A stretch of 64,000 nucleotides of DNA from the NCBI GenBank assembly GCA_947305245.1, contig CAMZDG010000005.1, forward strand, positions 26,891 through 90,890, in the 5' to 3' direction. Positions 17,692-25,315 of this stretch are shown here, one piece after another (position 1 is the first letter of the stretch; each line of letters starts with the position of its first letter). A program made the translations under genes and the position numbers. The notes below the pieces were generated by a model, which was given only the letters and a program-made list of their open reading frames with translations, ran no database searches and was not told the DNA's origin. The stretch is from an uncultured Lachnospiraceae bacterium (GTDB lineage Bacteria; Bacillota; Clostridia; Lachnospirales; Lachnospiraceae).

Positions 17692-19752
17692 ATGGCTTAT
17701 ACGGCACTGGAAAAAATGAGAAGTAAGAATCTGGAAACCTATGGAAAGAACGTGGGCCCCGCGCAGCCAATGCTATATGGCAGCGGCTTGGAGCGGGCGG
17801 ACTTAAAGTCTGCGGCGCTTCGATTTTTGCATGAGCGGTGCGAGGAACTAAAGTTTGACGCGAAAATAGAGGCAAAGGAAGAGGCCACGGGCATGCTTTG
17901 CGGAACCAGCCTTATGCCGAATCAGATTCCTTACAACATGCAGATGGACTTAAACCGCTTATGTCTGGAGAAGGCCCTGGAGCGATTTATTGATTCCGGC
18001 GTCGCCGAGGATGCGTATGACGTCTATTATTGTTATCTGGAAATCTTTTTTGGACGCTACGGAAAGTCCAAGAAGATGGTAGAGCTGCTCTCGGAATTTG
18101 AGGCGAATGGCAGTTCCCTTTTGATGAAGCATCGAGATCACTATTCTCACTCCGTTTATGTCTTTGCACTGGGTCTTGCGATTTATGAGACCAATGCAAT
18201 CTTTCGCAGAGTTTTTCAGGAGTATTATGGGATCCGCTCCAAAAATGAAAAGCAGCAGGAAAGAAAGGCGGCTAATCTGTTCCTGGAGTTTTGGGGACTG
18301 ACTTCCCTGTTCCATGACATTGGTTATCCGTTTGAGCTTCCCTTCGAGCAGGTGATGTCCTATTTCGAAGTGAATAAGCAGGATCGCGGGCAGGGCAGCC
18401 TGTACATTGCATATCGCGACGTCGACGTGTTCACGAAACTTGGAGCGGCGGCGAAGAAGCAATTTCAAAAGCTTTACAAAAAAGACTTTGACACGATCAC
18501 GGCCCTGCTTGCCTTCGACGTTACCGATAAGCTGGGCGCACAGTATGACTTTACGGAAGAGAAGATGCTGGACGTCTTAAACCGCAAACCCGTGGAGCCG
18601 GATGATTTTGGCTACTTTATGGATCATGCCTTCTTTAGCGCCGTGAGGCTCTTTCATGAGTTGGAGGAGTCCGTCAAGGCGCCCGGGATCACGAAGATGC
18701 ACGTGGACGCGCTCTCGGCGATCATTATGCATAACAGCCTGTTTAAGTTTTCAATCTCCTTCTACAAAGCAAGGGATAAGGCAAAGAGGAAAAGACCACT
18801 TCGCATGGAGGATCATCCGCTGGCATTCATGCTGATGCTTTGTGATGAACTGCAGTGCTGGGACAGAACGGCGTATGGCCGCAATTCCAGGACGGAGCTG
18901 CATCCCATGGCCGTGGACTTTGATTTCAGCGGCAATGCCATTCGCGCCTGCTATTATTATGATGAGGCCGAGCAGGAGAAGATCAATGAATTCCGCAAGG
19001 ATTACAAGGCATGGGAGAAGGGCGGAGAAAAGGGAGACGCTCCCCGGCTGAAGGCGTACAGCGACATGGCGGAGAAGGAGCAGCGCTTCACTTCCGACAT
19101 CAAAAAGATCGTGGATCTGACGGAGATCCCGCTGCACGTGGTGCCTGACACAAGGCGCAATGACCGTACGAACAAGCATGTGTTCCTCTCGAGCAGCAAC
19201 TTCCTGCACCTGTATGATTTCGCGGTTGCCATTCACGGCAAGGACAGAAGTCAGGACACGCCGACGGCGGAATTGGAGCGGCAGTTCGAGATGCTCTCCC
19301 TGGAGTATCAGCTCTCTACGCTGAACAGGGCAAAGAATTTTAGCAGATATCTGGATGCCATCGACTGCTTCTATACGGATAAGCCCGTGGATTATGAAAT
19401 GGTGACGGAGTTTACGCCGCAGCAGGCGGCGATCTTTGCACCCCTCGAGCATGAGCGCTGGATTCGGGAGCATCAGGCGATGGGCTGGGTCTATGGAAAA
19501 GACTATGAAGTGGTTCCTCTGCCCAAGGGGATCAAATCCGATTCCCCGGAGGGAGTCGAGATGCGAAAGACGCTTCGGGAACAGATGCGATGCCACCACA
19601 TTGCCATGGACGGAAGCGTCACCACGGAGGACATTAGGGATCATTATCTTGCCCTTCCGGAGGAGTTTCAGGACAAGGACTGGAAGCCGATCAACAGCAT
19701 GTTAAAGCTCTTAAAGAAATTCGACGGACTGAGGATTTATAAATTAGACTAA
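17692..19752 (+). CDS. HD-domain protein with a C-terminal RyR-repeat domain, 686 aa
   Basis: HRDHYSHS, LFHDIGY, DHAFFS, MHNS, LCDELQ; C-terminal LEHERW..H..MGWVYG..LPEEFQDKD. Confidence 0.65.
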   Translation: MAYTALEKMRSKNLETYGKNVGPAQPMLYGSGLERADLKSAALRFLHERCEELKFDAKIEAKEEATGMLCGTSLMPNQIPYNMQMDLNRLCLEKALERFIDSGVAEDAYDVYYCYLEIFFGRYGKSKKMVELLSEFEANGSSLLMKHRDHYSHSVYVFALGLAIYETNAIFRRVFQEYYGIRSKNEKQQERKAANLFLEFWGLTSLFHDIGYPFELPFEQVMSYFEVNKQDRGQGSLYIAYRDVDVFTKLGAAAKKQFQKLYKKDFDTITALLAFDVTDKLGAQYDFTEEKMLDVLNRKPVEPDDFGYFMDHAFFSAVRLFHELEESVKAPGITKMHVDALSAIIMHNSLFKFSISFYKARDKAKRKRPLRMEDHPLAFMLMLCDELQCWDRTAYGRNSRTELHPMAVDFDFSGNAIRACYYYDEAEQEKINEFRKDYKAWEKGGEKGDAPRLKAYSDMAEKEQRFTSDIKKIVDLTEIPLHVVPDTRRNDRTNKHVFLSSSNFLHLYDFAVAIHGKDRSQDTPTAELERQFEMLSLEYQLSTLNRAKNFSRYLDAIDCFYTDKPVDYEMVTEFTPQQAAIFAPLEHERWIREHQAMGWVYGKDYEVVPLPKGIKSDSPEGVEMRKTLREQMRCHHIAMDGSVTTEDIRDHYLALPEEFQDKDWKPINSMLKLLKKFDGLRIYKLD

Positions 19753-19775
19753 GGAATTCGTAAGAGAGTGTTATA

Positions 19776-19822
19776 AAAAGTGACAAACGTCACTTTTGAA
19801 CTCCCCAAAAAGTGACGAACGT
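19776..19822. promoter_or_regulatory. Three-half-site operator candidate
   Basis: AAAAGTGAC-aaac-GTCACTTTT (19776-19797), then AAAAGTGACgAACGT again at 19808. Confidence 0.5.
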
Positions 19823-19903
19823 TCCATGGTGCGATCCGATACCATGCGGTATTCTAGAATTGGAAGGAAATCTGGATCGCGCGCGGCGCAGGGAGGAAGA
19901 GAA

Positions 19904-20440
19904 ATGCAAAGCGAAAAAGAAAAATATGTCACTTTATATAACATGTTATTTCCCATCTGGATCTTGGTATGGCTGCCGACGCCTTTATGGCTCCTCATCA
20001 TTCCGGGGAATTATCTGATCGATCGGCTGGTGTTTACCATCAATGCGAGGAAACAAAAGCCGGAGCTGGAGAAGAAATTCTTTCGGAAGCACACCTGGAA
20101 GCTTTTTCTGTTTGGGTTCCTGGCGGATTTCATCGGGTCCATTCTTCTTCTGATCCCGCTATTTATTCCGGTACCGGATGGGGTTGCGAAGCATTATAAT
20201 CAGACTTTCTTTGGCAAGTTTATGAACGCGTTGCAGTTTAATGCCTTTAGCAATTTTGGGGCGTTTATGTATACGCTCTTTGCCATTGCGGTCGCAGGGC
20301 TTCTCATCTATGTCTTTGACAGGGGCGTTTTGATGAGAACGAAGGAGTTCACTGCGGAGCAGGCAAAAAGAATTGCATTTTGGATGGCAGTCATCACTGC
20401 GCCGTATCTGTACCTAGTCCCAGGGCAATTATTCTTTTAA
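19904..20440 (+). CDS. Hypothetical integral membrane protein, 178 aa
   Basis: LYNMLFPIWILVWLP and about 4 TM helices; ATG 19904 after GGGAGG. Confidence 0.7.
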   Translation: MQSEKEKYVTLYNMLFPIWILVWLPTPLWLLIIPGNYLIDRLVFTINARKQKPELEKKFFRKHTWKLFLFGFLADFIGSILLLIPLFIPVPDGVAKHYNQTFFGKFMNALQFNAFSNFGAFMYTLFAIAVAGLLIYVFDRGVLMRTKEFTAEQAKRIAFWMAVITAPYLYLVPGQLFF

Positions 20441-20458
20441 TCCAGGAAAGATCCTATG

Positions 20459-20490
20459 GGCCTTCTTCCTTCGGGGAGAGGGCCTTTTTT
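20459..20490 (+). terminator. Rho-independent terminator with a UUCG loop
   Basis: GGCCTTCTTCC-TTCG-GGGAGAGGGCC followed by TTTTTT. Confidence 0.8.
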
Positions 20491-20492
20491 CG

Positions 20493-20561
20493 ACCATTCA
20501 TCTGTCAGAACAGACCATTCACGTCAAATCTATTTTCTTTTTTTGCGAAACAAGATATGGT
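20493..20561 (+). promoter_or_regulatory. LytTR-type direct repeat and -10
   Basis: ACCATTCAT-N12-ACCATTCAC (20493-20522); TATGGT at 20556-20561. Confidence 0.75.
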
Positions 20562-20607
20562 GGATTCACAAGAGGAAAACACCCCAAAAGAAAAGAGGAG
20601 ACATGGA

Positions 20608-21369
20608 ATGAAACAAGAGATTGCCATTCGGACGGAGAGTCTGACGAAAAGATATGGAGAGAAATTAGCCGTGGATCATTTGGATCTGACGGTGGCGGAA
20701 GGAGAGATGCTGGCGCTGCTTGGCGTCAATGGGGCAGGAAAGACGACGACCATACGCATGCTGTCGGGACTTTCCGTGCCGACGGAAGGGACGGCATGGA
20801 TCCTTGGGAAAGAAGTGAAAAAGGAAAAGGATGCCGTAAAGCGTCTTGTGGGCATTTCGCCGCAGGACACGGCAGTTGCGGATAATCTGACCGTGGAAGA
20901 AAATCTGAAGTTCATGGCGGGGATCTGTCTGGGAGAGAAGACGCGGATCCGGGATAGAGTGGAGGAGGTCCTAAAAAGCTTCCACCTGGAGGAGGTTCGC
21001 ACGAAACGCGCGAAGACGCTCTCCGGCGGATGGAAGAGAAAGCTTTCGATCGCCATGGCGATCATCGGTGAGCCCAAGGTTTTATTCTTGGATGAGCCGA
21101 CGCTCGGCCTGGACGTTCTGGCGAGGAGGGAGCTTTGGCGGGAGATCGAGGCGTTAAAGAGTCGGATGACCATTATTCTTACCACGCATTATATGGAAGA
21201 AGCGCAGGCGCTGGCGGATCGCATTGCCATTATGATAGACGGCAGGTTAGAGGAGATCGGGACGCTCGCGCAGCTGGAAGAAAAGACGGGAAAGCAAGGC
21301 CTGGAGGAAGTGTTCGTGTATGTGGCGGAGCAGGCAGGAAATCAGAACGGATCGGTGAAGAGAGGGTAG
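20608..21369 (+). CDS. ABC-2 type transporter ATP-binding protein, 253 aa
   Basis: GVNGAGKTT, LSGGWKRK, LDEPT, TTH; start reset to ATG 20608. Confidence 0.95.
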   Translation: MKQEIAIRTESLTKRYGEKLAVDHLDLTVAEGEMLALLGVNGAGKTTTIRMLSGLSVPTEGTAWILGKEVKKEKDAVKRLVGISPQDTAVADNLTVEENLKFMAGICLGEKTRIRDRVEEVLKSFHLEEVRTKRAKTLSGGWKRKLSIAMAIIGEPKVLFLDEPTLGLDVLARRELWREIEALKSRMTIILTTHYMEEAQALADRIAIMIDGRLEEIGTLAQLEEKTGKQGLEEVFVYVAEQAGNQNGSVKRG

Positions 21370-21373
21370 AAAC

Positions 21374-22144
21374 ATGAATAGAACTTTAGTGTTTAGTAAA
21401 AGAAATTTGATCGAGATTTCAAGGGATGTGCTGAGTTATATCTTTTGCGTCGGATTTCCATTGGTGATGCTTTTTGTGATGACGCTGGTCAATGAGAGCA
21501 TCCCCAAGGAGGCGGGCATGACGATCTTTCGGATCGATAATCTCGCGGGCGGCATCGGGATCTTTGGACTGACCTTTGTCATGCTGTTCACCGCCCTGGC
21601 AGTTTCGAAAGACCGCACGAGCTCCTTTTTGGTGCGCCTTTATGCATCTCCCATGAAGAGCAGTGACTTCACGAACGGATATCTTCTTCCCATGTTGATC
21701 GTGGCCGTGGTGCAAGCGCTCCTTTCCTTCCTGGTATCCCTGGTGATCTCCTGGATCGTGGGATATTCCTTAAATCCCCTGGGTCTTCTCCTTGGGATCC
21801 TTGCCCTTCTCCCGTCTGCGGTATTTTTGATCTCCGTCGGGATCCTGTTCGGGACGCTCTTTAATGAAAAGGCGGCGCCGGGGCTTTGCTCCATTATTAT
21901 ATCGCTGGGCTCCTTTCTTGGAGGCATCTGGTTTGACGCGGAGAGCACCGGCGGCGTGATGCTGAAGATCTGTAAGGCATTGCCTTTCTATTACTGTACG
22001 AAGGCAGTCAGGGCTGCCATCCACCTGGACTTTCAGGCGGAGAGCTTTTGGATCCCGACGCTGATCGTGGCGGCAGTCGCCATCTTGATCACCGTGATTG
22101 CATCCCTGGTCTTCCGCACGAAGATGAAGGCAGACCTGGCCTGA
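21374..22144 (+). CDS. ABC-2 type permease
   Basis: Six hydrophobic segments, RLYASP motif; follows the ATPase. Confidence 0.9.
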   Translation: MNRTLVFSKRNLIEISRDVLSYIFCVGFPLVMLFVMTLVNESIPKEAGMTIFRIDNLAGGIGIFGLTFVMLFTALAVSKDRTSSFLVRLYASPMKSSDFTNGYLLPMLIVAVVQALLSFLVSLVISWIVGYSLNPLGLLLGILALLPSAVFLISVGILFGTLFNEKAAPGLCSIIISLGSFLGGIWFDAESTGGVMLKICKALPFYYCTKAVRAAIHLDFQAESFWIPTLIVAAVAILITVIASLVFRTKMKADLA

Positions 22145-22145
22145 C

Positions 22146-22174
22146 TTTACTTTCCCTCGCGTATTCGCTATACT
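22146..22174 (+). promoter_or_regulatory. Sigma70-type internal promoter for the LytTR pair
   Basis: TTTACT-N17-TATACT. Confidence 0.55.
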
Positions 22175-22215
22175 GATACTGTCAGGGAACATGCAACGTA
22201 AGGCGAGGTGAGACT

Positions 22216-22692
22216 ATGCAGATCAAAGCATTGATCGATTCGAAATATGAGGAAATAGAGTTGCACGTCTGCAAGGACAGACAGGATGAAGAGGTGGCAA
22301 ATGTCATAAGCGAGCTACATGCCTGGTTTGATGAGTCCTTAAAGGCGGTGGATGAAAGGGGCAATCAACTTATGTTGCCCCTTTCTGACGTGCTATCTTT
22401 TTATGCGCAGGGGCAACGGGTGTATGCCTTGGATGAATCCGGCAGGTACGTGATCTCAAAAAAGCTCTATGAGCTGGAACAGCAATACGGGGACAGCAGC
22501 TTCGTCCGGATCTCGAAATCCGAGCTCGTGAACCTGAAAAAGATCAAGAGTATTGACTTAAGTCTGACGGGAACCGTCAAGATCCTTATGAAAAATGGTT
22601 ATGAAACCTATTCTTCCCGAAGGAGCGTTGCAAAGATCCGGGAGCGCCTGGACTTAAACAAGAAGCAAAAGGGAAACAGGGCAGAGGCCTAA
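22216..22692 (+). CDS. Stand-alone LytTR DNA-binding regulator (LRS type)
   Basis: KKLYELEQ...FVRISKSELVNLKKI...SSRR; no receiver domain. Confidence 0.92.
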   Translation: MQIKALIDSKYEEIELHVCKDRQDEEVANVISELHAWFDESLKAVDERGNQLMLPLSDVLSFYAQGQRVYALDESGRYVISKKLYELEQQYGDSSFVRISKSELVNLKKIKSIDLSLTGTVKILMKNGYETYSSRRSVAKIRERLDLNKKQKGNRAEA

Positions 22693-22703
22693 GGAGGAGT
22701 AAA

Positions 22704-23156
22704 ATGAGAACAGTATTAGAACGCGGGGGGATCAGCTTTGCCATTTCTTCCTTTGCCGGAACCCTCATCAATTTCATCATAGATCTGATCGGCAATGCCT
22801 GCGGGATTTTCGGGTTTATCTCCATCTCGCCGGATTTCAGGTGCCTTTTTCCGACGCCGGTCATGGCGGCGTACGTCAATATCTTTCTATACGGACTGAT
22901 CGGCGCAACCTTTGCCATGATGACGGTGATCTTTGAATGCAACCGGATCGGATTTCTCATTCAGGGGCTGATCTATTTCATCGTCACGGCCATTGTCTCC
23001 GTCGGGATCACGGTCCTGTTCTGGCAGCTGCACCACCATCCGGCGGCACTGATCTGCACGCTTCTTGGCTATGGGGTGACCTACGTGATCATGGGCTTTG
23101 TGCAGTATCGCAGGCTGAAGCAGGACGTGCAGTACATCAACGAGGAATTGGCATAG
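22704..23156 (+). CDS. DUF3021-like membrane inhibitor of the LRS
   Basis: About 4 TM; ends with D/E-V-x-x-I-N-E-x-L; directly after LytTR. Confidence 0.75.
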   Translation: MRTVLERGGISFAISSFAGTLINFIIDLIGNACGIFGFISISPDFRCLFPTPVMAAYVNIFLYGLIGATFAMMTVIFECNRIGFLIQGLIYFIVTAIVSVGITVLFWQLHHHPAALICTLLGYGVTYVIMGFVQYRRLKQDVQYINEELA

Positions 23157-23292
23157 ATAAGAAAGGGAATCAAAGGGAAAGAAAGACGGAAGTTTCTTAA
23201 GATTTCCTATAGTTTTCCGCGGAGTTCTTTACAAACGAAGGGTTTGGTGTCAGAATAAGATTGTTGAGAATTCTTTCATAAGGGGAAACAAA

Positions 23293-24249
23293 ATGGGAAG
23301 CGTAAATTATCAAAATGCGACCGCCGTGATCCGTGAAGTTTCCAAGGCTGTCACGGGAAAGGACGATTGCATCAGAAAGGCATTTGCCGCAGTGATCGCG
23401 GGGGGACATATATTGATCGAGGACGTGCCGGGCGTGGGAAAGACGACCCTGGCGCTCTCGCTTTCGCGCGCCATGAAGCTAAAGGGAAACCGCGTACAGT
23501 TCACGCCGGACGTCATGCCGTCGGACATTCTCGGGTTTTCCATGTATAAAAAGGAATTGGATTGCTTTGAGTATCATCCGGGCGCCATTGCCTGCAATCT
23601 GTTCCTTGCCGATGAGATCAACCGCACTTCGCCGAAGACGCAGTCTGCCCTTTTGGAAGTCATGGAGGAAGGCGCCTGGACGGTGGACGGCGTGACGAGA
23701 AAGGTGGAAGATCCCTTTATCGTGATCGCGACGCAGAACCCAAAGGGCAGCGCGGGAACGCAGCTTCTTCCCGATTCACAGCTGGACCGCTTTATGATCT
23801 GCATGAGTATGGGATATCCGGACTTAAAGGATGAGATCGCCATTGCAAAGGGGCGAAATAACGGTGTTTCCGTGGACAGCCTCCAGGAGGTGATCGACGC
23901 GCGGGGACTGATCGCCATCAAGGAGGAAGTATCCAACGTCTTTGTGCATAATCACGTGTACGCTTATATCGTGAAGCTGGTGCAGGCGACCAGGGAGAAT
24001 CCGTACGTGGAGCTTGGCATCAGTCCGAGAGGAACCATTGCGTGCAGCCGCATGGCCATGGCGTGGGCCTTTCTGCAGGGAAGGGATTATTGCATTCCGG
24101 AGGACGTGGAGAATGTATTTCGGGACGTGGCCACGCACCGCATCGTCATGAACACGAAGGCGAGGGTGGCGAAGATCCGCCGGGAGGACGTACTTACGGA
24201 GATCCTTGGCAGCGTGCGTCAGCCGGCTTCCTTCCTGGAAAGGAGCTAG
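23293..24249 (+). CDS. MoxR-family AAA+ ATPase
   Basis: EDVPGVGKTT, QFTPD..PSD, DEINR, ATQNP, QLDRF, GISPR. Confidence 0.95.
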   Translation: MGSVNYQNATAVIREVSKAVTGKDDCIRKAFAAVIAGGHILIEDVPGVGKTTLALSLSRAMKLKGNRVQFTPDVMPSDILGFSMYKKELDCFEYHPGAIACNLFLADEINRTSPKTQSALLEVMEEGAWTVDGVTRKVEDPFIVIATQNPKGSAGTQLLPDSQLDRFMICMSMGYPDLKDEIAIAKGRNNGVSVDSLQEVIDARGLIAIKEEVSNVFVHNHVYAYIVKLVQATRENPYVELGISPRGTIACSRMAMAWAFLQGRDYCIPEDVENVFRDVATHRIVMNTKARVAKIRREDVLTEILGSVRQPASFLERS

Positions 24250-24251
24250 AC

Positions 24252-25313
24252 GTGCTGGGCTTTGTTTGGGTGATACCTTTTGCGTTTTTGTTATTCTATC
24301 TGGCATTGATATTTGAAAGCACTGGAATTGCACTGCTGGGCTATGCCGCAGTGGCTTTTGCCGTGCTTTCTTTTCTTTCGCTCCTTTTTACGAATCGTCT
24401 GGTAAAAATACGGCTGGACGTCCCCGCGAGGGTGGCGGAAAAAGACCAGGTCTTTGGCCTTCGGATGGAGATCGAGGATCAATCTCCCCTGCCCGTGGGA
24501 AGGGTCAAGGCATATGTTTCCTACGGGGAGGACGCAGGGATGGAGCGGCAAAGGATCGTCCTTTCAGCGGAGGATCTACGAAGGGGCGAAAGCAGTGAGA
24601 CGAGAAGACTTTCGGTCAGCAGCTCGGGGTATTATGAGTTTCAGCTAAAGAGGTATCGGGTGTATGACGCCTTCGGCGTATTTTATCTTTCGAGAAAGGG
24701 AAAGAGCATCGCGCACGTCATGATCCTGCCAAAGCTGGAGGTGGTTCCCGTCAAGCTGGGCGAGGCCGTCAGGAATTTTTACGGGGAGACCGTGGATTAT
24801 GACGAGAATCAGTCGGGCGCAGATTCCAGCGAAACCTTTGGGATCCGGGAATTTCATGACGGGGATAAGCTTCAGAGGATCCATTGGAAGCTGAGTGCAA
24901 GGACGGAGGAGCTGATGGTCAAGGAGGATTCCCTTCCGAAATCCTGCGCCGTCGTGCTGTTCCTGCCGGAAGGGATCCTGAGCGAAAGTAAGAGTCTGGA
25001 TTATATGGCGTCCCTTTCTTTTACGCTGACGGATGAAAAATGTGCACATTACGTGGCATGGTTTTCCCAGAGCCGAAATGACGTGCTTCGCGCGCGGGTG
25101 GAGGACGAGGAGAGCTTTTACCTGGCGCTCACGACATATATGAAGGACTGCAGCGCAAAGCCCGTGGAAGACCGCGTTCTGAGATATAAGGAGAAATATA
25201 AGGGAGAGCAGTTCCTGCATTCCGTCAGCGCGAACAAGGAAGGGGAACTCTGGGTGGACGAAGAGAAGGTTGGCAAGATCGGGAGCTTTAGCGAGGAGCT
25301 GTTTTTAAGATAG
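24252..25313 (+). CDS. DUF58 domain protein, 353 aa
   Basis: IREFHDGD..RIHWKLSAR; GTG 24252 after AAGGAG; N-terminal TM pair. Confidence 0.88.
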   Translation: MLGFVWVIPFAFLLFYLALIFESTGIALLGYAAVAFAVLSFLSLLFTNRLVKIRLDVPARVAEKDQVFGLRMEIEDQSPLPVGRVKAYVSYGEDAGMERQRIVLSAEDLRRGESSETRRLSVSSSGYYEFQLKRYRVYDAFGVFYLSRKGKSIAHVMILPKLEVVPVKLGEAVRNFYGETVDYDENQSGADSSETFGIREFHDGDKLQRIHWKLSARTEELMVKEDSLPKSCAVVLFLPEGILSESKSLDYMASLSFTLTDEKCAHYVAWFSQSRNDVLRARVEDEESFYLALTTYMKDCSAKPVEDRVLRYKEKYKGEQFLHSVSANKEGELWVDEEKVGKIGSFSEELFLR

Positions 25314-25315
25314 AC

